This document shows positions 53,336 to 62,627 of a stretch of DNA of 64,000 nt, piece after piece. Positions within the stretch are counted from its first letter, which is position 1. Each line of letters starts with the position of its first letter. The stretch is taken from contig JAZKCF010000022.1 in the NCBI GenBank assembly GCA_040388195.1, forward strand, positions 19,178 through 83,177. Reading direction: 5' to 3'. The DNA comes from Pseudomonadota bacterium (GTDB lineage: Bacteria > Pseudomonadota > Gammaproteobacteria > Burkholderiales > DATLHW01). A model generated the notes under the pieces. It was given only the letters and a program-made list of their open reading frames with translations. It made no database searches and was not told the origin of the DNA. Position numbers and translations under genes: made by a program.

Positions 53336-53364
53336 AAACTACTGGAAAGCAGGGGTGAATGCAA
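53336..53364 (-). promoter_or_regulatory. Candidate sigma-70 promoter for the thiC riboswitch transcript
   Basis: Minus strand: TTGCAT (53364-53359), a 17-nt spacer, then TAGTTT (53341-53336). It ends about 10 nt upstream of the aptamer. Confidence 0.4.
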
Positions 53365-53414
53365 GCGCTAAGGAAGTTTTCCTTTTGCTGCATTTATCTG
53401 CGCAAGAACTGCAA

Positions 53415-53484
53415 TTGGTTCACGAAAAGCACGAAAGGCACGAAATAAAGTAATGAAAAGTTTCGTGCTTTTCGTGGACCAATT
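53415..53484 (-). terminator. Long hairpin immediately downstream of lon (likely terminator/RNA stabiliser)
   Basis: 23-bp inverted repeat with one mismatch: ATTGGTTCACGAAAAGCACGAAA (53415-53437) / TTTCGTGCTTTTCGTGGACCAAT (53462-53484), with a 24-nt loop. It starts 13 nt after the lon stop. The T-run (TATTTTTCT) is on the plus-strand side. Confidence 0.5.
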
Positions 53485-53496
53485 ATTTTTCTAGGT

Positions 53497-55932
53497 TCAC
53501 GCATTCACTGCTTTAGGTTCTTTCGATTGATCGACAAGCGCAGCCCGCAAGGCATCATCTACGGTCTCCAGCCAAATAAAACGCAGTTGCTTGCGCCCCT
53601 CTTCGGGAATCTCTTCTTGCTCTCTTTGATTGCGTGCGGGCAGTAAAACCGTATTGATTCCAGCCCGTAGTGCGGCCAGCACTTTTTCCTTGATGCCGCC
53701 GACCGGAAGCACGAGTCCTCTCAAACTGATTTCACCAGTCATTGCCCGGTCATTACGCACGGGTATATTCATGGCTAGCGATGCTAGGGCAATAAACATC
53801 GCAACACCGGCGCTTGGGCCATCTTTCGGTATTGCCCCTGCAGGTACGTGCACGTGAATATCGCTCTTGTCGAAGATTTCCTGCGGTATCTTAAAATCAG
53901 TCGCGCGTGCTTTCACGAGCGTTAGCGCGGCTTGCGCGCTTTCTTTCATCACATCGCCGAGCTGCCCGGTGAGAATGAGTTTCCCTGCGCCCGGTGTGCG
54001 GCTTGCTTCGATGAATAAAATGTCACCACCCACAGGCGTCCAAGCAAGGCCGGTCGCGACACCAGGAACGCTGACACGCATGGCTACTTCGCTTTCGAAG
54101 CGTTTCGGCCCCAAGATTTTTGGCAGATCTACGACATCGATCTTTATCCTCTCTGCCGAACCTTCGGCAATACGCATGGCGGCGTTGCGAAACGTGCTGC
54201 CGATTTCTCGCTCGAGATTGCGCACACCGGCTTCCCGCGTGTAATCACGGATGATGGCATGGATAGCCGCATCGGTAATTTCACATTGTTCCGGGGTGAG
54301 ACCATTTGCTTCCAGTTGTCGTTTAATCAGATAGCGCTGGGTGATTTGCGCTTTTTCTTCCTCGGTATAACCGGGTAGTTGAATCACTTCCATTCGATCG
54401 CGAAGTGGCCCTGGGATGGTATCCAGCATATTCGCGGTGCCAATAAACATGACTTTCGACAAATCAAATGGCACGCCGAGATAGTTGTCGCGAAAATTAC
54501 TGTTCTGCTCTGGATCAAGGACTTCCAACAATGCGGAGGCCGGATCGCCTTGTATTCCAGTGCCCAGCTTATCCATCTCGTCAAGCATCATCACGCAATT
54601 GCGTTCGCCCGATTTACGAATCGCTTGGATAATATTGCCCGGCATTGCGCCAATATAAGTACGTCGATGGCCGCGAATTTCCCCTTCGTCGTGCACGCCG
54701 CCTAAACTTAATCGCACGAATTTCCGCTGCGTTGCGCGTGCGATGCTTTGTCCTAGTGATGTTTTACCAACACCCGGTGGGCCAACGAAACAAAGAATAG
54801 GACTCTTGCCGTGCGCATTAAGCTTGCGTACCGCCAGGTATTCCAAAATACGTCGCTTGATTTTGCCCAGATCGAAATGATCTTCGTCCAGCACCTGGCG
54901 GGCTTCGGCGATATCGATGTGCTCTTCGCTGACTATCGACCACGGCAGTTCGACCAGCCAATCCAAATAAGTCCGTAGTATCGAGTATTCGCCGGCACCC
55001 TCCGGAATCCGTTCTAGTCGTCTCAATTCTTTTCTTGCCTGGATTTCTATTTCCTCAGGCATCCCTGCCTTAGCGATCATCTCCGCCAGCTCGGCCAGTT
55101 CCGCGGCACTTCCTTCGGTTTCACCCAGTTCCTTTTGGATCGTCTTCAATTGTTCGCGCAACAGAAACTCGCGCTGCTGCTCATCCATCCGTTCTTTTGT
55201 TTGTTCGCCAATTTGCTGGGATAGCCGTAATACTTCGATGCGATGGCTCAGAAAACCGAGAACTTTATCCAATCGCGCTTGCACATCGAACGTTTCCAAT
55301 ATGTCCTGCTTCTCTTGTGGCTTAATATCTAGGACACCGGCAACGAAATCGGCAAGCGCCGCCGGTGAGTTGATGTTTTGTGCCGCCGCAGTGAGTTCCG
55401 CCGGAATTTGCGGAATGAGCTGGAGTATTTCCATTGCCCGTTCCTTTAGCTGCAACATGCGCGCTTCTATTTCATTGCTTACCAAAACGATTTCCGGCAG
55501 TCGTTCGATTTGCGCTACATAGAATGGATAGCCTTCCAAAAATTTGAGAATGCGGAATCGTTGTTCACCTTGGCAGATGACGTGATGCGAACCTTCTGCA
55601 GCCGTTACGTAACGAACGATATTCGCTACACTGCCAACCCAATGAATATCATCTGGGCCCGGCTCATCTTGCTCCGAGTTGCGTTGTAGAACGACGCCAA
55701 TCTGCCGTTCGCTGCGAAGGGCTTCTTGCGCTCCTGCAATCGAGCGTTGCCGGCCAATGGTCACTGGTAGCAGTAGGCCCGGAAACAGTACCAAATCGCG
55801 AACTGGAAGGAGAATAAGTGCATCCTCGGGGATATTCGGAAATTTTCGAGTGGAAGCCTCGTTGCGAGAAGTGCTTGGATTTAACGGTTTATTCGGAGCA
55901 TCAAGCTGTGTCTTGCTTTTTTCCGTGCTCAT
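53497..55932 (-). CDS. lon: ATP-dependent Lon protease
   Basis: 811 aa. Walker A GPPGVGKTSLGQSIA. Protease active-site region PKDGPSAGVAM. N-terminal LON substrate-binding domain. Confidence 0.95.
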   Translation of the reverse strand: MSTEKSKTQLDAPNKPLNPSTSRNEASTRKFPNIPEDALILLPVRDLVLFPGLLLPVTIGRQRSIAGAQEALRSERQIGVVLQRNSEQDEPGPDDIHWVGSVANIVRYVTAAEGSHHVICQGEQRFRILKFLEGYPFYVAQIERLPEIVLVSNEIEARMLQLKERAMEILQLIPQIPAELTAAAQNINSPAALADFVAGVLDIKPQEKQDILETFDVQARLDKVLGFLSHRIEVLRLSQQIGEQTKERMDEQQREFLLREQLKTIQKELGETEGSAAELAELAEMIAKAGMPEEIEIQARKELRRLERIPEGAGEYSILRTYLDWLVELPWSIVSEEHIDIAEARQVLDEDHFDLGKIKRRILEYLAVRKLNAHGKSPILCFVGPPGVGKTSLGQSIARATQRKFVRLSLGGVHDEGEIRGHRRTYIGAMPGNIIQAIRKSGERNCVMMLDEMDKLGTGIQGDPASALLEVLDPEQNSNFRDNYLGVPFDLSKVMFIGTANMLDTIPGPLRDRMEVIQLPGYTEEEKAQITQRYLIKRQLEANGLTPEQCEITDAAIHAIIRDYTREAGVRNLEREIGSTFRNAAMRIAEGSAERIKIDVVDLPKILGPKRFESEVAMRVSVPGVATGLAWTPVGGDILFIEASRTPGAGKLILTGQLGDVMKESAQAALTLVKARATDFKIPQEIFDKSDIHVHVPAGAIPKDGPSAGVAMFIALASLAMNIPVRNDRAMTGEISLRGLVLPVGGIKEKVLAALRAGINTVLLPARNQREQEEIPEEGRKQLRFIWLETVDDALRAALVDQSKEPKAVNA

Positions 55933-56179
55933 AATCCTAAATTCCTCAGTTGATCGCTTGCTGCTTGTAGAAAGGTCTTACGCCTGCGAACATTTTTCCT
56001 TTTTGAAAGGTCACCAAATGGGTGAATACGCTACGCATCCGATTGCACATTTTTTAAGCCGCCCAACGTTGTTACTCCTCCTTGCATGGAATGGCCATGC
56101 CGCGTCGTCGCGTCTAGTTGGACGGTTTAAAAAACGCACAAGCGAATACGTCCAACTGAGGAATCTAGGATGACCACCT

Positions 56180-56587
56180 TCAATCAAGTTTGAAAAGACT
56201 GAGAAATAGGCAACCATCTGACAATGTGCGCTGCTGAATCTCAAATTGACCGGGTGGCAGTTCAATGCGGCGTTCAAAATGGCCGTAGGGAATTTCGAGT
56301 TGGCGAACTAATGCGTTCTGAAGCGCATGCGGCATTCGTCTGTCACCAAGGACAATAAGTGCCGCGCCATCAACGATCACTTTGACGTGATCGGAATCGA
56401 CGCCGGGCAGTGCGACCAAGATGATGAGCTCATCGTCAGTTTCAAATACATCCACCGGCGGCTCCCAACTCGGATATCTGGCTTGCGCCGAACCCAGCCG
56501 AAAGAACTGTCGGTGTAATCTATCGGCGCGATCCAAAAGTTCCAAGGCTTCCGTGCATACCCGTGTTTGGGGGTCCCGTAATGTCAT
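56180..56587 (-). CDS. Small heat-shock protein (Hsp20/alpha-crystallin family)
   Basis: 135 aa. Alpha-crystallin domain: PPVDVFETDDELIILVALPGVDSDHVKVIVDGAALIVLGDR...IELP. Lies upstream of lon on the same strand. Confidence 0.87.
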   Translation of the reverse strand: MTLRDPQTRVCTEALELLDRADRLHRQFFRLGSAQARYPSWEPPVDVFETDDELIILVALPGVDSDHVKVIVDGAALIVLGDRRMPHALQNALVRQLEIPYGHFERRIELPPGQFEIQQRTLSDGCLFLSLFKLD

Positions 56588-56770
56588 AAAAATTCTCTTT
56601 CAGCAGGCCATTTCTATCAGTGTAGTTGGCGTTTCGCCGGGGACAGATCTAATTTCTCCAATCACTCCAGGCGCGTTACCAAAATGCCTATTTGAATATT
56701 GATTCCGTGAAGGGCTAAGGAGTTCAAATTTTTATTTAAGAATGTTGTGAAAATGAATCGATAGAAGTCT

Positions 56771-56800
56771 TGACGCACGCAGTGGCGCGTCGTTACATTG
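56771..56800 (+). promoter_or_regulatory. Candidate sigma-70 promoter of the TetR-family gene
   Basis: TTGACG (56771-56776), a 17-nt spacer, then TTACAT (56794-56799), about 36 nt upstream of the ATG. Confidence 0.35.
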
Positions 56801-56835
56801 TTGACTGGTCAGTTACTAATTGGATTGGTTAAGCC

Positions 56836-57471
56836 ATGGAATTGCAAAAACAGGAACCACGTTGGGAGCGCCGGAAAAATGCTCGTCCTCAGGAACTGAT
56901 CGATGCCGCGCTAGACGTTTTTGTGGCAAAGGGTTATTCCGCAGCTAGATTGGATGAAGTAGCCAAGCAAGCTGGTGTTAGTAAAGGCACGGTATATCTT
57001 TACTTCACTAATAAAGAGGAACTGTTTAAAGCGGTTGTCCGCGACAGTATTGTTGCCAGCATTGCGAATGTCGAAGAGCTTGAGAATAATCATCGGGGAG
57101 ACACTCCGACATTATTGCGAGGATTGATGCGGGAATGGTGGGAAAATATATGTGCGACTCGCTCTAGCGCGATTCCGAAAATCATTGTGTCCGAAGCCGG
57201 AAATTTTCCGGAAATTCTCAGCTTCTACCATGAGGAAGTTATTCGTCGCGCCGAGCGCGTAACAATAAAAATTTTACAACGCGGTATCGACGCCGGGGAA
57301 TTTCGACCAGTCGATCTTAAGCTTGCAACGCAGCTGATTTTTGCCCCTTTCATATTTATCTGTATTTGGAAATATTCGTTCGCGCAATGTGCCTCTGGTG
57401 CCCCAGAAGGAGAGAAAGTTATCGACGCGCATATTGATATGACATTGCGAGGCCTTGCCAATGGGGCCTAA
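56836..57471 (+). CDS. TetR/AcrR-family transcriptional regulator
   Basis: 211 aa. N-terminal HTH: ELIDAALDVFVAKGYSAARLDEVAKQAGVSKGTVYLYFTNKEELF. Confidence 0.88.
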   Translation: MELQKQEPRWERRKNARPQELIDAALDVFVAKGYSAARLDEVAKQAGVSKGTVYLYFTNKEELFKAVVRDSIVASIANVEELENNHRGDTPTLLRGLMREWWENICATRSSAIPKIIVSEAGNFPEILSFYHEEVIRRAERVTIKILQRGIDAGEFRPVDLKLATQLIFAPFIFICIWKYSFAQCASGAPEGEKVIDAHIDMTLRGLANGA

Positions 57472-57767
57472 GTTTTCTTCAATGTTTTGCCCAAATACCC
57501 GTAGATCTCGAAGGAAGTGCTAAGGGCTTGAGATATACGAGCGAGTGCGTGTCTGGCTGTGGGTAAACGGCGTACGTAAGTCGGCCGTGCTCGTAATTGT
57601 GAAGGCATGCACGCTAATCTTGATGACAACATTAATGAAAATATTCGGTATGATTCCGCTAACCCTTGAATTTTCCGGCATATTGAGCAACCGCAACATG
57701 AGGTAGGCGAGAGTCAGGGAGGAGAAAGTTCTCCGATTTGTTGACGCTGATTGTCATGCGGATTACC

Positions 57768-57933
57768 TAGAGCGGATTTCATATGAATGTACGGTGTCGC
57801 TGGGTTTTTTTGGGGTGCAGTGCTAGGCGAGAGGAGCGCCGTTTGGTCATTCGCAAACAAGCGACGAGCGACGCCTAGCGGGCATCCGCATTTGGGGGCA
57901 ACGACACCGTACATTCATATGAAATCCGCTCTA
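57768..57933. mobile_element. MITE-like non-autonomous element (166 bp, 32-bp perfect terminal inverted repeats)
   Basis: TAGAGCGGATTTCATATGAATGTACGGTGTCG (57768-57799) is the exact reverse complement of 57902-57933. The interior folds further (GCTAGGCG...CGCCTAGC; GTTTG...CAAAC). The outermost TA on each side could be a TA target-site duplication. No transposase is present in the window. Confidence 0.6.
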
Positions 57934-58084
57934 AAGTATTGCGTAAAACAAACAAGCCACTATTAAAGCGGCAGAACTGCATAAGCGGAGCGCGAATTAT
58001 TGTTTTAGTGTGGAAGTAAGCTAGACTCATGCCAACAATAAGCAGCCAGTGGATGCTTTAATATATTTTTAGAAATTAATTATT

Positions 58085-58750
58085 ATGGATATAAAGTTAA
58101 TGAATCTCGATCAGGCTCGTTTCAATATGGTGGAACAGCAGATCCGCACCTGGGAAGTGCTGGATCAGGAGGTGCTGGATCTACTCTTTGAAGTGCGGCG
58201 AGAAGAATTTTTGCCGCCAAGCGCTAAGTCGCTGGCTTTCGTGGATATGGAAATTCCACTGGGCCACGGTGAAGTCATGCTGGCACCCAAACTGGAAGCT
58301 CGCATGTTGCAGGAGTTAGGGGTTAAGTCCACCGACAAAGTATTGGAAATCGGCAGCGGCAGTGGCTACATGACAGCATTGTTGGCAAAGCGCGCACATT
58401 TCGTTGATAGCGTAGAAATAGTGCCGGAGCTTTCCGCATTTGCTGCGAAGAATTTGGCCGCGCACGGGATTGAGAATGTAAAGCTACATATAGGCGATGG
58501 CGCTCAGGGGTGGCCCGGCGGACCGTACGATGTGATCGTGCTAACCGGCTCCACGCCGATTCTGGCGCCAGATTTTCTTAATAAGCTGAATCCAGGTGGG
58601 CGATTGCTGGCAGTGATCGGGGACGTCCCGGTAATGAAGGCAACATTATTCAATGTTGCCGGTCCGAATGAAGTTGCCCGCGTAGAACTTTTTGAAACTT
58701 GCATTTCCCCGTTACGAAATGCACCGCAACCTAAACGGTTCGTTTTCTAG
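58085..58750 (+). CDS. pcm: Protein-L-isoaspartate O-methyltransferase family protein
   Basis: 221 aa. SAM-binding motif VLEIGSGSGYMTALLA and ..YDVIVLTGS... The pcm-tolC pairing is common in Betaproteobacteria, from memory. Confidence 0.82.
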   Translation: MDIKLMNLDQARFNMVEQQIRTWEVLDQEVLDLLFEVRREEFLPPSAKSLAFVDMEIPLGHGEVMLAPKLEARMLQELGVKSTDKVLEIGSGSGYMTALLAKRAHFVDSVEIVPELSAFAAKNLAAHGIENVKLHIGDGAQGWPGGPYDVIVLTGSTPILAPDFLNKLNPGGRLLAVIGDVPVMKATLFNVAGPNEVARVELFETCISPLRNAPQPKRFVF

Positions 58751-60052
58751 ATGCGGCACTCTGCCCTCCTCATTGCTTTAACGTTGGCACAACCAGCGCT
58801 AGCTGTTGATCTCCTGCAAATTTATCAGGAGGCTAAGGTGCAGGATGCGACTTTTGCCTCAGCGCAAGCCGCTTATCAGGCAGGAGTGGAACGTTTACCG
58901 CAAGGGCGGGCGGGGTTATTACCCTCCCTCGGTCTTACGGCCAACATGTTTCGCAATAACCAGAAGTCAGATGGTCTTCCCGGCACTATTTTCGATAGCA
59001 GTAGCTATACGCTATCGCTTAATCAACCGTTGTTCCGCTTGCAGAATTGGGCTGTCTACGATCAAAGCAAGCAACAGGTTTTGCAAGCGGAAGCGCAACT
59101 TTCCGCCGCTCAACAAGATTTAATTCAACGAGTGGCACAAGCTTATTTCGATGTGTTGCTGGCACAGGACAATGTAGGGGTATCGCAATCGCAAAAAACG
59201 GCTATCAGCGAGCAGCTTGCGCAAGCAAAGCGTAATTTCGAGGTGGGCACGGCGACGATAACCGATACCAACGAAGCCCAGGCACGTTTTGACCAGGCGG
59301 TAGCAAAGGAAATTGTCGATCACAACGACCTTGAAATAAAACGCCAAGCATTACAGCAATTGATTGCAAATATTCCCGAAAAACTTTCGCCGCTCAAAGA
59401 GCAGTTGGAATTGCCCTTGCCAGTCCCTAATAACATCAACGAATGGGTGACCGCCTCTGAAAACAACAACCAAACGCTCACCGTGCTTCGTGCTGGCGTG
59501 GAAATTGCTAAATCGGAAGTACAAAAGCAGCGTGCGGGCCATCTGCCGACGGTAGATTTGGTGGGAGGGTATAGCAATAGTCGCAATGGTACCGTTGATG
59601 TGTTCAGCGATCGTGTGGACATCAAAAGCTCGCAGATTGGCGTGCAGGGAACCTTACCGATTTATTCGGGTGGCGCTACCCAGTCACGTGTTCGTGAGGC
59701 GCGTGCCAATGCCGATAAAGCCGGCTACGACTTGGAAGCGAATCGCCGTAGCATCGCGCAAAATACGCGCACTGCTTTCTTGGGTGTGACGAGTGGCGTT
59801 ACACAAGTCAAAGCGCTGGAGCAGGCGCTGAAATCAAGCCAAATTTCGTTGGACTCTACTAAGTTGGGGCGAGATGTGGGCGTGCGTACCAGTCTCGATG
59901 TATTGAATGCCGAGCAGCAGGTTTTTCAAGCCCGCCGGGATTTATTACAGGCGCGTTATAACGTGATATTGAGTCAGCTGAAACTCAAAGGATCAGCTGG
60001 GCAATTGAATGAAACCGATTTGGCCGAAGTGAATAATTTATTGATTAAATAA
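58751..60052 (+). CDS. tolC: TolC-family outer membrane channel
   Basis: 433 aa. Signal peptide MRHSALLIALTLAQPALA. N-terminal DLLQIYQEAKVQDATFASAQA. Two-repeat OEP architecture. The ATG directly follows the pcm TAG stop. Confidence 0.9.
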   Translation: MRHSALLIALTLAQPALAVDLLQIYQEAKVQDATFASAQAAYQAGVERLPQGRAGLLPSLGLTANMFRNNQKSDGLPGTIFDSSSYTLSLNQPLFRLQNWAVYDQSKQQVLQAEAQLSAAQQDLIQRVAQAYFDVLLAQDNVGVSQSQKTAISEQLAQAKRNFEVGTATITDTNEAQARFDQAVAKEIVDHNDLEIKRQALQQLIANIPEKLSPLKEQLELPLPVPNNINEWVTASENNNQTLTVLRAGVEIAKSEVQKQRAGHLPTVDLVGGYSNSRNGTVDVFSDRVDIKSSQIGVQGTLPIYSGGATQSRVREARANADKAGYDLEANRRSIAQNTRTAFLGVTSGVTQVKALEQALKSSQISLDSTKLGRDVGVRTSLDVLNAEQQVFQARRDLLQARYNVILSQLKLKGSAGQLNETDLAEVNNLLIK

Positions 60053-60156
60053 AAGCACTCTGCTTCGTCCTGTGCGTGCAAGCGCACATGCGCCCTCCAG
60101 GTGAAACGCTGCTGGGGCGGTTTTGTGTAGGTCCTATATCGGTTTTGCTCTTTATT

Positions 60157-61407
60157 TTATTGGTGCGCGGTAATAATCGATATTATTCTCTCTACCGCGC
60201 CTCGATGCGCTTGAGAAAACGCTAATCCAGCCATTCCCATCTTCTGCTGCATTGCTTTGTTTTTCAGCAAATCTGTCACTGCGCTGGCTAGCATTTCCAC
60301 ATCTGTTACGCGACGTGCCGCTCCACCGGCCACCGCTTGCTCCGTCGCCTCCAAAAAATTGAATGTATGCGGTCCAATCAACACGGGTTTCCCCACCGCA
60401 CATGCCTCGATCAAATTTTGCCCACCTAAAGGCAATAAGCTTCCGCCGATAAACGCGACGTCGCACGCCGCATAATAAGCGAACATTTCCCCCATTGAAT
60501 CGCCTAATACAATTTGCGTTGTTTGATCAATCAATTCGCCGGCACTACGCCGCTGGAGTTTGAATCCTCGTTTTTGAATAAGCGTAGCCACCGTATCGAA
60601 CCGTTGCGGATGACGTGGAACGATAATCGTGACCAGGTCATCAACGTGCATTTTTTCAATTGCATCGAGTATTAGTTCCTCTTCGTCTTCGCGGGTACTG
60701 CCGGCGAGAAATACAGGACGATGTTTACCGAAGCGTTCACGCAGCACTATGCCAAGCTCCAGCATTTTCTCCGGTGGCGTAATATCGAATTTCACATTGC
60801 CGCAAGTTCGGACATGTTGTCCACCAAGCTGCGTTAAGCGTGTTGCATCAGAAGAGGTCTGTGCACATATACCGGAAAATTTAGCTAGGCTGCCCGCCGT
60901 CAACGACGGAAAGCGAGCATAAAGTCTGGCCGATTTTTCTGACAACCGCGCATTCACTAGCCACAATGGGATGCCTTTTTTATAGGCAGCGGCAATTAGA
61001 TTCGGCCAAATTTCCGTCTCCATGACCACGCCCAAGCTGGGTTGGAAGTGTGTGAGAAATCGTTGCATCGCGAACGGCGCATCGTAAGGAAGATAGCAGC
61101 ACAACACACTGTCGCCGAATAGTGATTCTGTAGTCACTCGAGCCGTTGGTGTCATATGGGTGACTAATATTTGGTGATCCGGGTAACGCGCTTTTAGCGC
61201 AGCCACTAAAGGCGCGGCAGCGCGCGTTTCACCAACGGAGACCGCGTGAATCCACACGATGGGCTTCGATGGAGTGAACTCATAGCGTCCGAATCGTTCG
61301 CCAATATGCTGGCCATAGCCGGGTTCCTTGCGAGCTCGCCATCGTAATCGCAAGTAGGCAAGCGGCAATAGCAGGTATATCAGCGCGGTATAAAAACTAC
61401 GAGCCAT
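60157..61407 (-). CDS. waaA: 3-deoxy-D-manno-octulosonic acid (Kdo) transferase
   Basis: 416 aa. N-terminal YTALIYLLLPLAYLRLRWR..., WIHAVSVGE, and a C-terminal ..GGSL..GGQN.IEA.. motif. Confidence 0.92.
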   Translation of the reverse strand: MARSFYTALIYLLLPLAYLRLRWRARKEPGYGQHIGERFGRYEFTPSKPIVWIHAVSVGETRAAAPLVAALKARYPDHQILVTHMTPTARVTTESLFGDSVLCCYLPYDAPFAMQRFLTHFQPSLGVVMETEIWPNLIAAAYKKGIPLWLVNARLSEKSARLYARFPSLTAGSLAKFSGICAQTSSDATRLTQLGGQHVRTCGNVKFDITPPEKMLELGIVLRERFGKHRPVFLAGSTREDEEELILDAIEKMHVDDLVTIIVPRHPQRFDTVATLIQKRGFKLQRRSAGELIDQTTQIVLGDSMGEMFAYYAACDVAFIGGSLLPLGGQNLIEACAVGKPVLIGPHTFNFLEATEQAVAGGAARRVTDVEMLASAVTDLLKNKAMQQKMGMAGLAFSQAHRGAVERIISIITAHQ

Positions 61408-62377
61408 TTTTACTTTCGGAATTAATCAATTTCGTAACGACATCCCAGACATTGGTAATAGTCGGCGGTTGGCCTGCGCTCCCGAGGTTGACCGCATTTT
61501 TCTCGCCATATACACCGGTAAGCCCTGGCGAAGTGGCGACGTAAAGTGCTACTACGTTGGTGCCAAGGGCTGCGGCAAGATGGGTCAGCCCGGTATCGAC
61601 GCCGACAACAATGGTGGCGTGAGCAAGTAATGTTGTTGCGTCGTTAAGACTCATTTCATCGGGAATATGTGAATGAGTCAGAGCGCTCGCAAGACGTTCG
61701 CTGCGTGCTTTTTCCGTTGCGTTTCCCCAGGGCAGCACGCAATGTATGCCTCGGTGTAGGAAGTTTTTTCCAAGAGAAATCCAGTCATTTTCAGGCCACA
61801 GTTTATCGTCACGGCTAGTTGCATGCAGTAGTACGGCATATGGCGTATTTGGTAACCACGAGCAACGGTCGCCCGGTGCTTTAATGCCGTAATCCAGCGC
61901 GAGTGATTGCAGTTCGTAACCGAGTGCTTTCGCGGCGAGTTGGCGATTGCGTTCAACTGCGTGCAGCTTTGTATCGACGACAAAGCGGCGATTATAAATG
62001 CCCGTAGCCAGCGCTTCGCGGGCACTGCCCCAGGCATAGCCCCGTCGCTCGCCATGAGCCAGCTTGGCAATGACCGCGCTTTTGACTAGCCCCTGTGTAT
62101 CGAGCACGACATCGTAAACGTCTTCTCTTAATGTGGTAACGAAATCACGAATTTCGCGAAGCGTTGTCGCTTGTGTGAGCGATTTTCGCCAGCGCCGAAG
62201 GGCGACCGGAATAACCTTGCGAATGCCTGGATGCAATCGCGGCAGTTGCGAGAAAGATTCTTCGACCACCCAATCAATGGCTGTGTCGGGAATTTGTTTT
62301 TGGATGTCTGTAATAACGGGCAGATTGTGAATGACATCGCCCATAGACGATGTTTTTACGATGAGGATTTGCGGCAT
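61397..62377 (-). CDS. waaC: ADP-heptose:LPS heptosyltransferase I
   Basis: 326 aa. N-terminal ILIVKTSSMGDVIHNLPVITDI is typical of WaaC, with C-terminal ..VGVDTGLTHLAAAL. 11-nt overlap with waaA. Confidence 0.87.
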   Translation of the reverse strand: MPQILIVKTSSMGDVIHNLPVITDIQKQIPDTAIDWVVEESFSQLPRLHPGIRKVIPVALRRWRKSLTQATTLREIRDFVTTLREDVYDVVLDTQGLVKSAVIAKLAHGERRGYAWGSAREALATGIYNRRFVVDTKLHAVERNRQLAAKALGYELQSLALDYGIKAPGDRCSWLPNTPYAVLLHATSRDDKLWPENDWISLGKNFLHRGIHCVLPWGNATEKARSERLASALTHSHIPDEMSLNDATTLLAHATIVVGVDTGLTHLAAALGTNVVALYVATSPGLTGVYGEKNAVNLGSAGQPPTITNVWDVVTKLINSESKNGS

Positions 62378-62627
62378 GCGGCATTGTAGTTTCAGCCTAT
62401 GCGCGCAGCAACATTGATCGACGATGGCCTTTTCCGTTTTTCATTGCCGATACTCTTTGAAAGCAGGCTGGCGGCTATCCGGTTCACGGCCTTTTAATTT
62501 TTCTTTTAAGATTCTCTGAGGCCTCATTAATGACTCTAAATTCAGTCTCTTTATCTGTTGCTTAGCATCGTTATTTAATGTAATTTGTCAATGGCTGTTT
62601 GCTGTCCCAATCCGTAGTTTAAGAACG

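Noticed and set aside
55679-56277. A 164-aa plus-strand ORF and an 88-aa minus-strand ORF in and around the hsp20-lon spacer.
   Set aside because: Both overlap the ends of well-supported genes (lon, hsp20) and show no motifs or RBS. The spacer more likely holds the lon promoter.
56588-56700. Possible sigma-32 heat-shock promoter upstream of hsp20 (minus strand ATTGGAGAAA-N12/13-CCCCGGCG).
   Set aside because: It only partly matches the CTTGAAA / CCCCATNT consensus. Without a TSS or conservation data it is not supportable. I found no better match upstream of lon either.
57714-57914. 66-aa minus-strand ORF within the MITE-like element.
   Set aside because: It is encoded largely by the palindromic element itself, has no RBS and a Pro/Gly/Ala-rich composition. 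It is far too small to be a transposase.
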